A DNA stretch of 64,000 bases from Bdellovibrionota bacterium. GTDB taxonomy: Bacteria > Bdellovibrionota_C > UBA2361 > JAAYZI01. The stretch lies in the NCBI GenBank assembly GCA_050950765.1, contig JBMNIF010000001.1:224001-288000 (forward strand), given 5' to 3'. Under the pieces are notes generated by a model. The model did no database searches. It was not told the DNA's origin and saw only the letters and a list, made by a program, of their open reading frames with translations. The position numbers and the translations under genes were made by a program. Positions 40,434 through 50,667 of the stretch are shown here, one piece after another (positions within the stretch are counted from its first letter, which is position 1; every line of letters starts with the position of its first letter).

Positions 40434-42262
40434 CCTGAATTCCCGCGAAATTATACCATACAAACGTGTTTTTAAAGGTAGCTTTCGAGCGGTATAATCT
40501 TACTTTTTCTTAAAAATACTTTTTAGAAAGTCATCTTCTTCAATATTGAAAATTTTCAAAATATCCTTTTGTTTTTTTGTTAACGGAACCATTAATTTAC
40601 TGCCATTTTTAGTTTCTATAACTTTAATTTTTTGAAGCTCTTTAATGACATCAGGTATATTAAACTTTTTTTGCCTTGTATCATTTTTAAGTAAATTAAG
40701 AATATAACTTCTAAGTATAAGAGCTAAAAATCCAACAAAAAGTTTTCCTTCTGTGGTTTGAAGATTATGTGTTTTAAGTCTTCTAAAATCAATTTCATTT
40801 TTTAGCTGGAAAAATTGTTTTTCAATTACATCTTTTTGACGATAACGAAAAAGTGCTTCACTCGGATTTGAATCACAACCAATACCAATCAAAATTAAGA
40901 AGCCACAATTTCTCAAGTATTCATCTATAGCTTCTGATTTTTTTTCATAAGTAAAACCATCTTCATTTATTTTAATATCAAAATATTTCCTATATTTTTT
41001 ACGATCCAGCAAAGAGTATTTTAATTTTTTCAGTTCTTCTAACTCTTCTTCCATTCTAGAAATTTTCTCGTAAAATTGAACTATCTCATATGGCGCCTTT
41101 CCCATATTGTAATAAACATAAATCTTTACAGGTTGTCCCATAACAGTATCTATTACAGAACAACCAAAAGTAGAGGTTCCTTTTATATAATTAGCATCTT
41201 GCTTAATAAGTGCAGTGTGATTTTCTAATATTCTTTTAGCGTCATTCCAATATAGTGGCAAAGGACAAAGTAGTCCAAACTTTTGCCCTTCTTCATTTGC
41301 TACTTCCGCTAAATTATCTTGCGTCACAAAACCTTGATCCGTAACAAGGTTAATACGATTATTAAGACTAATAAATGGAAAGTCTCTTAAAAGAAAACTA
41401 AAATATGTCTTATCTGTAATGCTGCCATTATAAACTTGATAGAATAAAGGAAGCTTCGTTGTAGAGCCGTAGCACATACCTATATTTATTTGCGGCAATT
41501 TATCCATATCCCTATTATAGCCAAACTCCAATATGCTTATTTTTTTACTATAAGAAGATATGGAAGTTACGTCATAATACCAACATTCTTGAGCTAAATA
41601 TCGCTTCGTCCATTTCTTAAAAAAATTAAGTCTTTTCTCGTAGTCAATACGTTCAAAAAGACGACTTATTTTTTGACTTGTTAATTCAGAAATTTCATAT
41701 GGTAAGACACTATCATCTATCCAACTTGAAGCATGTGATACTACATTTCCATTTGCTAGAATATAAAACGCTAAAGTTAAAATCTCGTATGTGTCATTTC
41801 CAAAAATTGAAAGCAATGTCTTGTCTAACCTTAAATCTTTTACAATCTTATTTAAAACATAAGTAAGACCAAAAGATTTATTGCTAATAACATATCTATT
41901 AGAATCATCTGGAAACAAATCATAGTAATTTCTATTAGGAATTAATTTCTTACCGCTTTCATCTAGCTTCCCTATACCTATTTCATCAAACGTAGGCTCT
42001 CCGTTTTCACGACGAAAGTTCATCCTGTAATAGATATAAGTAGTCCCATTTTTGTTTTTCTTACGAGCAATTTGCCTATCTGGTAAGTCAACTTTTTTAG
42101 TTATTTTTTTTCATAAAAAACCTCCCTAATATGTATAGGGCAATCATACCATACAAACAGGAAATGTCAATATAGAAAAATATATAACTAACTAAAATAT
42201 CAATAAAAAATACGGTGGCTTATTTCTGGAATGGAGAAAAGATAAAAATTGCGGAATTTAGG
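40434..42262 (-). mobile_element. IS1634-family insertion sequence, copy 2 (1829 bp), with a 7-bp TSD
   Basis: Near-identical inverted copy of 2998-4825. TTGGCAT is duplicated at 40427-40433 and 42263-42269. Confidence 0.95.
40500..42114 (-). pseudogene. IS1634 transposase with a +1 frameshift right after the start codon
   Basis: A8 instead of A7 after the ATG (T run at 42104-42111). The remaining 507 aa match copy 1. Confidence 0.8.
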
Positions 42263-43419
42263 TTGGCATAACCCTCCCCTAGCAACCACAGTGCCCTTTT
42301 TAGACTGGCTTGGATCATATCCGGTGCATTTTCTGTTATCTTTTTTTTCTGTTCTGTGGTGAGCTCACGTTTTGTTTCTTTAACAATTTCTAGTACAGGT
42401 AATACGGAGTTTGCAGCGTTCAGGTAAATTTTACGAGCAGTCGATTCTGACATTTCTGCTAGTCCGCCTTGGATTATATAGTTCGCAAATCTTTCTATTA
42501 TTGCGTTCTGTTTGTTGGTGGGATCAATTCCTGTTTTTTTAGCAATTTCAAGAGCAGATAGTATGCACGTCTTAACGTCACTGATACTGGTAAAGCGAGT
42601 ACGAAAAATTCCTTCCAATGCGTTGTTTAGTTCGCATTTAATCGCACGCCTCGCAGTGTCTCCTAGCATATCGTTAAGTTTTTTGGGGAGCTTAATCCCT
42701 GTTTCTTCAGAAAATTTACGCGCAAGTAACACAGAGTCTATAGCGTCAGCGCTATTAAGAGCGGAACCATAACGACAAACAACTTTTGTCCATGCTTCTG
42801 CTAGTTGAACTTTGGTCACATTCGCTGAGGGGAATTTTTTTCTAGCATTATTTACGATTGAAGCAGCTGGTGAATCATTTACAGGACGAGAAGGAAGGTT
42901 ATGTCCAGCTAGTGGGTTCTCCCCCCCCTCGTTGTGATCCACTTCGTGATTGGACTTAAAACTAGGATTGATCATAATATTACCTTATACAAATACAACA
43001 ATACTTCTTACTTAAAAGCATTACTTAAAAACAATTTTTAAGGATTATAATGTTTTTTAAAAACCTAAGAAACGTTTCCAACAAAAAATAATATTTAATT
43101 TTTTTCCTGACTTATGAGCTTTTTTTGAGTTTTTAGCTAAGTTTGTTCATTATAAAAAACTAACTTATTGAACTTGTTGAAATATGAGAAGAAGTTTTTT
43201 AAGAACGGTGAAAATATCCAACGGTGAAAATATCAACCGTTCCATCCTTTAGCTAGAAGCTTTCTTTTCCTTTTTCTAACCTCTGAGCTTTTTTAAAAGA
43301 GTGTCTAGGCTAGGAGTGTTTAGGACAGGTAGAGTGAGGAACTTAGACAATATAAAGAGCTCGAATCTAGCGCTTATTTTGTAGGCATGTCTGGCGGATA
43401 GTTTTTTGAGAAAAAGACC

Positions 43420-44019
43420 TTAAGGGCGTTTCACTTTAAATTTCTCTTCTTTGCCATTAATAAATCTGTTGATGTTATCTTTGTGTCGATAAAAAATTAG
43501 TGTAGCAGCAGCAACAGCAAGAAGGATAATGGGGTTTTCTTCTTTCCTAAGCATGATAATGATAGGAAGAGCCAACGCAGCAGAGACCGAAGCTAGAGAA
43601 ACTATCTTTTGCCAAACCATGATCGCCGCAAAAATTATAGTTGCAATTACGACAGAAAGTGGTGAAAGGTAAAGAAAAACTCCCGCTGTTGTGGCGACTC
43701 CTTTTCCGTGAGGAAGTTTTTTCGGAATTGAAAAACAGTGCCCCGCAATAGCAGCCGCTGAAGCGGCTACTGCAAAGTTAGTATTGCCGGAAATCGCGGT
43801 GGCGATAAGAGGTGCTAAAAATCCCTTTAAAATATCTAATAATAGAGTCAATACACCTGCTCTTGAACCAAGCACCCGTGCTACATTAGTTGCTCCGACG
43901 TTACCACTTCCGCACTTCTCGATCTCTACCGAGTGTAGTTTTGCGATAATATATCCGCTGGGAAATACACCTAAAAAATAAAAGGGAATTAACGCTAATA
44001 CAAATAAGATCTCTGCCAT
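43420..44019 (-). CDS. plsY: Glycerol-3-phosphate acyltransferase
   Basis: GSGNVGATN..R, DILKG, GKGVAT and H..NI.R...G.E. The start is uncertain (44019-44049). Confidence 0.93.
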   Translation of the reverse strand: MAEILFVLALIPFYFLGVFPSGYIIAKLHSVEIEKCGSGNVGATNVARVLGSRAGVLTLLLDILKGFLAPLIATAISGNTNFAVAASAAAIAGHCFSIPKKLPHGKGVATTAGVFLYLSPLSVVIATIIFAAIMVWQKIVSLASVSAALALPIIIMLRKEENPIILLAVAAATLIFYRHKDNINRFINGKEEKFKVKRP

Positions 44020-44107
44020 CACTATCGCCATAAGAGTGTGCAGCTGCAAGATCAGCGTGCATATTAAATATTTTTAATGCCGCCCACATTTAAGAGCGGT
44101 ACTCTAA

Positions 44108-46114
44108 TTACGCAAAAATCACCTTGCCATCCATCTCTTTAGGCGCCTTTAATCCGAAAGCGTTAATAATGGATGGTGCTAAATCCCAAATATTCGGAGA
44201 GAGATCTCCGATCGTTCTATTACTTAAAATCACACCTGGAACCGTTGAGCTATCCATACAGTGATCGGCAGACCAGAGGTCTTTTCTATCGTTTAAGATC
44301 TGCGCCGGAAACTTACCTAAAACAGCATCATCAGAGATGCGATAGCCGCGGTTGTAGCCAAGCACAATATCCGGTGCAAGCGCCAAGTAAGGACCAGAAT
44401 AGATCTTACGTGAATCATAAACATTCTTTAAAACTTTTTCTCCTGTCTTCGGATCGCGCACCTCTTTCAATTTATTAATCAGATCGTTGATAATATTGTT
44501 TGCATCTTTTGGATTTACGGAGCCGTATATCTCTCGTCCTTCCAAATTTAAGTAGATGCCGTTTAACCCCATAACGTAAGCTTTTGTCTTTGACCAATCT
44601 AGACAACTGTAAAAATTGCACTGACTCATCAATGAAGGATCGGTTAGTGCCGCAAAGCCATTTTCTACCAGCCAAGTGCTAACGTTAAATTCACGTGTAA
44701 ACGGTGCGAATCCGTGGTCTGACATCACCATCAAGGTGGTGCTTTGATCTACCTTTGACATAACCTGCCCAAGAACTTTATCCATAGCACGATAAAAGTA
44801 ATAGACGGCATTTTTTGTTTCAGGACTTGCCTTCGGATCATAAAGTGGATGTCGCGGATCCATCAGGCGCCACAACATATGGCTGTTTTGATCAACACTT
44901 GAAAAATAGAAAAAGAAGAGCCCTTCCTGAAATTGCGAAAACTGATAGTCAAAAACGCGTAACGTTTCTTGCAAAACTCCTTTGGCGTGGGTGAAAAACT
45001 CGTCATTCGTAAAGATACCGTGTGAAAGAGCTTTGTTATCTTCTGGAAAGCCTTTTGTATAAAAGCGCCCCACAACTTCAGAGAGCTCGCGAGAAAATCC
45101 GGAAGGGTTGCAGATAGGAAGGGTCGGATCCATCGGATCAATATTGATCGGTGAAATGTAAAGCCGCATTTTCGGATGTACTTCTTGCAGGTAGATTCTA
45201 ACCATACCGCTAACACTGGCGAACATCGGCATGAACTCGAACTTCAGCGGCAGCCATTCCGACCACTCGCCCTCTTTCATGACTAATTCATGGTCTTGAA
45301 TCTTGATCTTTGCAACACTTTCCCACGGGTCGCGAGCAATAGAGATATCAACAGCAGCATCTTCGCCAGTTGTGCGGAATGAATTCTTAGGTCCTTTCAG
45401 TTGTGTTTTTACACTGTGATTTTTTAACGTAATCGGCACCACGCGACCGCCTGTAAATTTATCAGCTCCTGGAACTTCTGCATCAGTAAAGTAGGTGAAG
45501 GTGCCGTAAGTGCCCAGTAGATCCGGCGTGCCCATGCCGCTGATCTGTTTTGATGTGCCTTCCTGAATAATAGGGAAATCCGCCGGAATGGCAAACATAG
45601 TGGAAGGGATGTTATGATTTTCAAGGGTTGTCCAAAAAGCAGGGCCACGTCTTAAGTTTTCAACTTTACCGCTACTAATCGGGAATGAGTATTTGCCGAT
45701 ATCGATACTCTCCGAAGAGCTTGTTGTTCTTGAAGTCGATAAGTATGGCGAAAACTTAGCGGGATCACGGTGGATGAAATCAAAGATGCCGTGTCCGCCA
45801 GGGTTGCAGCCTGAGATAAAACTCGCCCATGCCACAGGACTTTGCGGCGGCATAGTTGTTCCCAGTTGAGAATAGTGTCCTGATGTCATCAGTTTTTTAA
45901 AGTTAGGCATTTCACCCCGTGCAACGAAGAGCTTTAAAAGCTCAGGATCCATACCGTCTATGCCGAGGACGATAACTTTTTTTGAAAGAGCGGTGTTGCT
46001 GAGATACGGAGATTTGAATAAATTTTTAGTGGGGAGAGTAGAAGCTCCCATCAGAGCTAAACATCCGGCGGCTTTGCCTAAGAACTCACGACGTGAAATA
46101 TTTTTTTCTGACAT
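44108..46114 (-). CDS. Tat-exported alkaline phosphatase superfamily protein (nucleotide pyrophosphatase/phosphodiesterase-like)
   Basis: SRREFL Tat motif, LGIDGMD, PPQSPVAW...G.NPG.HGIFDF and SDHGF. Confidence 0.88.
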   Translation of the reverse strand: MSEKNISRREFLGKAAGCLALMGASTLPTKNLFKSPYLSNTALSKKVIVLGIDGMDPELLKLFVARGEMPNFKKLMTSGHYSQLGTTMPPQSPVAWASFISGCNPGGHGIFDFIHRDPAKFSPYLSTSRTTSSSESIDIGKYSFPISSGKVENLRRGPAFWTTLENHNIPSTMFAIPADFPIIQEGTSKQISGMGTPDLLGTYGTFTYFTDAEVPGADKFTGGRVVPITLKNHSVKTQLKGPKNSFRTTGEDAAVDISIARDPWESVAKIKIQDHELVMKEGEWSEWLPLKFEFMPMFASVSGMVRIYLQEVHPKMRLYISPINIDPMDPTLPICNPSGFSRELSEVVGRFYTKGFPEDNKALSHGIFTNDEFFTHAKGVLQETLRVFDYQFSQFQEGLFFFYFSSVDQNSHMLWRLMDPRHPLYDPKASPETKNAVYYFYRAMDKVLGQVMSKVDQSTTLMVMSDHGFAPFTREFNVSTWLVENGFAALTDPSLMSQCNFYSCLDWSKTKAYVMGLNGIYLNLEGREIYGSVNPKDANNIINDLINKLKEVRDPKTGEKVLKNVYDSRKIYSGPYLALAPDIVLGYNRGYRISDDAVLGKFPAQILNDRKDLWSADHCMDSSTVPGVILSNRTIGDLSPNIWDLAPSIINAFGLKAPKEMDGKVIFA

Positions 46115-46334
46115 TATTGTAGTACCTTTAAACTTAAGAGAAGGTCTAAATTTCTAGCACAAAGTGGGAAAATGAACAATTTTAGATAGCAAGCGCTTTT
46201 GTCGAAGTGGCTATTGCCTCAAAAATAGATAGTACTGAAAAATTGTAGCTGGCTAGGTTTTTGCTGAGGTAGGAGTTATTGAGGAAATAAAAAAAACGTG
46301 CTAGGGTGGTGCGAATAGTTAATCATCTTGATTA

Positions 46335-46410
46335 GCCAACTTAGCTCAGTTGGTAGAGCAACGGTTTTGTAAACCGTAGGTCCTGGGTTCGAGCCCCTGA
46401 GTTGGCTCCA
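46335..46410 (+). tRNA. tRNA-Thr(TGT)
   Basis: 76-nt cloverleaf GCCAACT...AGTTGGC-TCCA, anticodon arm ACGGT-TT-TGT-AA-ACCGT and GGTTCGAG T-loop. Confidence 0.97.
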
Positions 46411-46614
46411 TTTAATTTGTCACTAAAGACGACTCACTTGTGCAAGCTATTTGGCAGCAAGTTAAATTGGCTGCAAGTCAAAGTTACACTGACTTAAAGC
46501 GCTGCTAAGCGACCTCCTCGAACAAACATCCTGAAAAGATATCTTAAGCGAACACACCTTAAGGGAGCATCTCTTCCACAGCAACTCTCTGCTTTGTGTT
46601 AGCTTTGAAGGTGG

Positions 46615-46920
46615 AGGGTTTTTTGTACCACCCTTCAGCAAGAAGTGGGTTCATATATCCACGTTTTTCTAGAAGATGCGGCTTTTCTACTTGGAAAAGT
46701 TGGCACTACTAAAAGTCGCTAGTGCCAAAATGTGGCTATATTGGCACTAGTGGGGATTAAAAAGCAGGTGCCACCCACCAGTACTATCAATAATATCAGG
46801 ACGTTAACAAAGGCTTAGGGCTTGGTAAATTTGGTACCACCCACCAGTGACAACAGGACGGGCGGCGACTTGCAGAACAAATCAGCTAGATCTCTACGGA
46901 GGTAAAAAGTGGGTGTCCTA
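46615..46920. repeat. Modular repeat cluster 4 (degenerate, inverted)
   Basis: GGTGCCACCC and GGTACCACCC cores with AAAAGTGGGTGTCCTA and TCTCTACGGAGGTAAAA modules. Confidence 0.85.
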
Positions 46921-47070
46921 CTTGAAGTGTTTTTTGAGTAGCTATTACTACTCCATTAGAAAGACCTTTCTAAAAATAAAAATCTTTTCCCCTTAATGTG
47001 GTGCCTTTGCGTGCTGCATGGTACAAAAACTTGCTTTAGTAATCTTAATTATTGGGTCTTAATGAAGAAG

Positions 47071-47180
47071 GAGTCTGGGGGGGAGATATTAAAAAACAGG
47101 TTATTTCAAAAGAGAGGGAAAAGTATTGATTCCTCTAAATATGAGAGTCTGGTGAAAAGATATTAAAAAACAGGTTATTT
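47071..47180. repeat. Two ~36-bp direct repeats upstream of the E1-FabH fusion gene
   Basis: gagtctgg-N7-atattaaaaaacaggttattt occurs twice. Confidence 0.8.
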
Positions 47181-47241
47181 TGAGCCGTTGGGGAAATTAC
47201 CCTCCAACGGACGGTGAACGCCATTTAAAGAGGAAAAGATA

Positions 47242-50200
47242 TTGGGAAAACAGATTGTTTCAAGAGAAGGTGCGGATGATGGTTGCGATCAAGTAGAGAT
47301 GCTGCCACTTATGCGGGAGATTTATGATTTTTGTGTTAAAGCGCGTGAGATTGATGCCTTAGAGCTGGATTTCGTCCGTCGGGGAGAAGCTTTTTTTCAT
47401 GTTTCGTGTAGCGGTCATGAAAATCTGGCGTTTCTCGGTCCTCACTTAATCGCAGATGATTATCTGCACTGCCATTATCGCGACAAAGCTTTGATGCTCT
47501 ATCGTGGGGTAACACCTAAACAATTTTTCTTAAGTTTATTTTGTAAAGATGAAAGCCATAGTCACGGCAGGCAGATGTCGGCACACATCTCAGACCGCAC
47601 TTTAAATATCCTCAGTATCGTTGGACCTGTCGGTAATAACGCTTTGCAATCCGTCGGAATCGCCTCAAAGATAAAAGATAGCCCCACCAATCCGATCGTT
47701 TATTGCGCCATAGGTGACGGCACAAGTCAGCAAGGAGAAGTGCTGGAGGGTGTCGCGCAGGCGGTGCGTTGTGAATTGCCTGTGCTGTTTGTCGTTGAAA
47801 ATAACGGTTTGGCGATATCATCTCATACGAAAGGACGAACCTTTTTTTCGAGACCAGATGGTAAGGCGGAGGAGTTCTACGGTCTTCCGATCAACTATAT
47901 TAATGGTTGCAATCCACTCGAAGTTTATAAAAAATTCGGTGCTATTGTGCAGCAGATGCGGCGAGATCGTAAACCAGCTATCGTGGTAATCGAGGTTGAG
48001 AGGTTGACTAATCACACTAATGTTGATGATCAGGAAGTTTACAGAACTTCGGATGAGATCGCGCATAACTGGGAAACATCAGACCCCATTGTGATCCTTG
48101 AAAAATGGTTGCTGGATAACGGAGTTTCGCAAGTTGAGCTAAGTGAAAATAGGGAAAAGATCAGGAGTGCACTTAAGGAAGAGGCAGAAAATGCTAGAAG
48201 TGCTAAGGAGCCGCAACCTGAGTTTACTGCTAAGGCTCCTTTGTCGGAAAAATTATTAAATTGTAAAGATTATTGTGGAGGCTCTCCTGCCAAAGGTGGC
48301 GAGGGAGAATCCCTTACCATGATCGAAGCGATTAGAGAAGTTTTGCGGTATCACTTAAAAAACGATCCCGCCGTAACACTTTACGGCGAAGATATTGAGG
48401 ATCCTAAAGGGGATGTTTTTGGTGTAACGCGGGGACTCACAGAGGAGTTCGCGGGGAGAGTTAGGAACTCTCCACTTTGCGAATCAACGATAGTAGGGTT
48501 CTCTGTCGGGGAAGCGTTGGCTGGTGGGAGACCCGTAGCGTTTTTGCAGTTCGCAGATTTTATACCGATCGCTTTTAATCAGATCAGTACTGAAATGGCG
48601 TCTATGTATTGGCGGACAGGCGGAAAATGGCAAGCTCCCGTTATTTTGATGGTTTCAATGGGTGGTTTTAAACCTGGGCTTGGGCCGTTTCACGCCGCCT
48701 CTATGGAATCAACGGTGGCACATATTCCAGGGCTAGATGTTTTCCTACCTTCAACTGCTGGTGATGCAGCAGCACTTTTAAATGCCGCTTTTGAATCAAA
48801 ACGTCCGACGGTGTTTTTCTATCCGAAAAGCCTTTTAAACAGCCGCTCTTATACCACCACCCCCGATATTGAAAAACAGATAGCGAAGATCGGCACAGCT
48901 GTGCTACGAGCTGAAGGGAGTGATCTAACGTTTGTGGGGTGGGGCAATGTTTTGCCGATCCTTGAGAAGGTTGCTGCAACGTTAGCGAAATATGATGTAA
49001 CGAGTGATGTTATAGACCTGCGCTCGATCTCTCCGTGGGATGAGTCGTTAGTGTTGGAGTCTGCACGAAAAACGGCGCGAGTTGTTATTGTATCTGAAGA
49101 AAATGGAACGGCTTCAATGGCTGCTGAAATAGCAGCAACTATCGCTGAGAAAGTAGAAGACAAGGTGCAGATAAAACGGGTCACGCGACCTGATACATTC
49201 ATCCCGTGTAATTTTGCTAATCAACTTGAGGTGCTGCCGAGTTATAAATCAACTTTAGAAGCAGCGCTTGAGCTACTTGGCGGGACAGTTGAGTGGGAAT
49301 GCGTCGATAAGGAAGGGGGCGACTATATTATTAATGCTTTAGGTGCGAGCCCTTCGGATGAATCTGTTACTATCGTTGAATGGTTTGTTAAAGCTGGTGA
49401 TGTGATAGGTCCAGGCGCGGTGCTAGCTGATGCTGAAGCGGAGAAGGCTTCCTTTTCGGTTTCTTCACCTGTTGCCGGTATGGTGCAGGCTTTACTTGTT
49501 GCGGAGGGGGAGAGCACCCATGTAGGTTCCCCATTGTTAAAAGTTTCAACTGAGAACGTTAACAAAACATATAGACCGATCACAAAAGAGGACGCAGGTT
49601 TGGCACGTATCACGCTACCTGAAAAGAGTTTGAAGAAGAGTTCAAAGCAAGAAGATCGCGCTGCACAAAAACAGGAGGTCTTGTCGACTACTGCGGGGGA
49701 TGATTTTATTGCTGGCATTGTTGCTGTAAGTGCGGTTACAGGTAGTAGAAAAGTAACGAATGAAGAGATCTCAACGAATTGTCCGACTTGGACGGCTGCA
49801 GATATCTTTAGAAGGACGGGAATTAAAAATCGTTATTGGGTAAATGATGATGAAGATGCTTTGACACTAGCGTTGCAGGCAGCGAAAGACGTGCTTAAGA
49901 AAGGTGCTATTACACTTGAAGATCTTGATATGTTGATCGTTTCAACAGGTTCTCCTATTGAGATTACGCCGTCTATGGCGTGCAGTGTTTTAAGTGGACT
50001 ATCAGATCCTGCGCGGTCTGCTGCTATTCCGACTTATGATATCAATGCTGCTTGTTCGGGCTACCTCTACGGCTTACTTATTGCGTATGACTTTTTAAGG
50101 TCTGTGCCGACGGGGCGAGTCCTCTTGATCACGACGGAGGTTAGTTCGGATATAGTAGATCCTGCGGATCCTGATACTGCTGCGATCTTTGGAGATGGTG

Positions 50201-50667
50201 CTACGGCAACACTCTTAGTCGGTGCTGAAATGCGATCACAGGCGAAACTAAAGGTGGAGCGCCCTGTGCTTGGTGCTAAAGGCGATCTTGCTAGAGTTCT
50301 GCAGATTCCAAGAGACTTAACGCACCGCATGTATATGGATGGAGTAAAAGTTTTTCCGGAAGCTGTTCGAAATATGGTGTTGTTCTTAAATAAAGCTTGC
50401 GCAGCAGCTGGGGTTAAAATTTCAGACCTTGATCGTGTTATCTCTCATCAAGCTAATCAGCGCATCCTTAATTCAATTAGTCAGAAGGCGCATCTAGCAG
50501 AAGGTGTGATGTATTCTATGATTGCAGAGTATGGAAATACATCCTCATCCTCTATCCCGTTTTGTATAGATAAATTATGGGACGATATTCAACCTGCTAA
50601 AACTTGGGGGCTATGCGCTTTTGGTGGTGGATTTACCTTCGGCGGCGCTGTGCTTAAAACGTTATAG
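47242..50667 (+). CDS. Fusion of 2-oxoacid dehydrogenase E1alpha, E1beta, a lipoyl domain and 3-oxoacyl-ACP synthase III (FabH-like)
   Basis: E1alpha HYRD and GDG..VENN; E1beta GED and SPLCE..IVG; lipoyl EAEKA; KAS III AACSGY, HQAN, GNTSSSS and FGGG. Confidence 0.92.
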   Translation: MGKQIVSREGADDGCDQVEMLPLMREIYDFCVKAREIDALELDFVRRGEAFFHVSCSGHENLAFLGPHLIADDYLHCHYRDKALMLYRGVTPKQFFLSLFCKDESHSHGRQMSAHISDRTLNILSIVGPVGNNALQSVGIASKIKDSPTNPIVYCAIGDGTSQQGEVLEGVAQAVRCELPVLFVVENNGLAISSHTKGRTFFSRPDGKAEEFYGLPINYINGCNPLEVYKKFGAIVQQMRRDRKPAIVVIEVERLTNHTNVDDQEVYRTSDEIAHNWETSDPIVILEKWLLDNGVSQVELSENREKIRSALKEEAENARSAKEPQPEFTAKAPLSEKLLNCKDYCGGSPAKGGEGESLTMIEAIREVLRYHLKNDPAVTLYGEDIEDPKGDVFGVTRGLTEEFAGRVRNSPLCESTIVGFSVGEALAGGRPVAFLQFADFIPIAFNQISTEMASMYWRTGGKWQAPVILMVSMGGFKPGLGPFHAASMESTVAHIPGLDVFLPSTAGDAAALLNAAFESKRPTVFFYPKSLLNSRSYTTTPDIEKQIAKIGTAVLRAEGSDLTFVGWGNVLPILEKVAATLAKYDVTSDVIDLRSISPWDESLVLESARKTARVVIVSEENGTASMAAEIAATIAEKVEDKVQIKRVTRPDTFIPCNFANQLEVLPSYKSTLEAALELLGGTVEWECVDKEGGDYIINALGASPSDESVTIVEWFVKAGDVIGPGAVLADAEAEKASFSVSSPVAGMVQALLVAEGESTHVGSPLLKVSTENVNKTYRPITKEDAGLARITLPEKSLKKSSKQEDRAAQKQEVLSTTAGDDFIAGIVAVSAVTGSRKVTNEEISTNCPTWTAADIFRRTGIKNRYWVNDDEDALTLALQAAKDVLKKGAITLEDLDMLIVSTGSPIEITPSMACSVLSGLSDPARSAAIPTYDINAACSGYLYGLLIAYDFLRSVPTGRVLLITTEVSSDIVDPADPDTAAIFGDGATATLLVGAEMRSQAKLKVERPVLGAKGDLARVLQIPRDLTHRMYMDGVKVFPEAVRNMVLFLNKACAAAGVKISDLDRVISHQANQRILNSISQKAHLAEGVMYSMIAEYGNTSSSSIPFCIDKLWDDIQPAKTWGLCAFGGGFTFGGAVLKTL

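Larger units (their letters stand above)
39964..42975 (-). pseudogene. Helical-repeat paralog 3, interrupted by IS copy 2
   Basis: Removing the IS and one TTGGCAT copy restores the in-frame sequence ...GEGYAKGSLDNVRS... Confidence 0.92.

Noticed and set aside
2998..42262. Composite transposon carrying 35 kb
   Set aside because: The outer flanks share no TSD, copy 2 has its own TSD, and the interior contains core housekeeping genes.
46335..46920. Integrative element at tRNA-Thr
   Set aside because: No integrase and no duplicated tRNA 3' end were seen.
47019..47035. Sigma54 promoter TGGTACAAAAACTTGCT before the fusion gene
   Set aside because: The spacing is GG-N11-GC, not the required N10.
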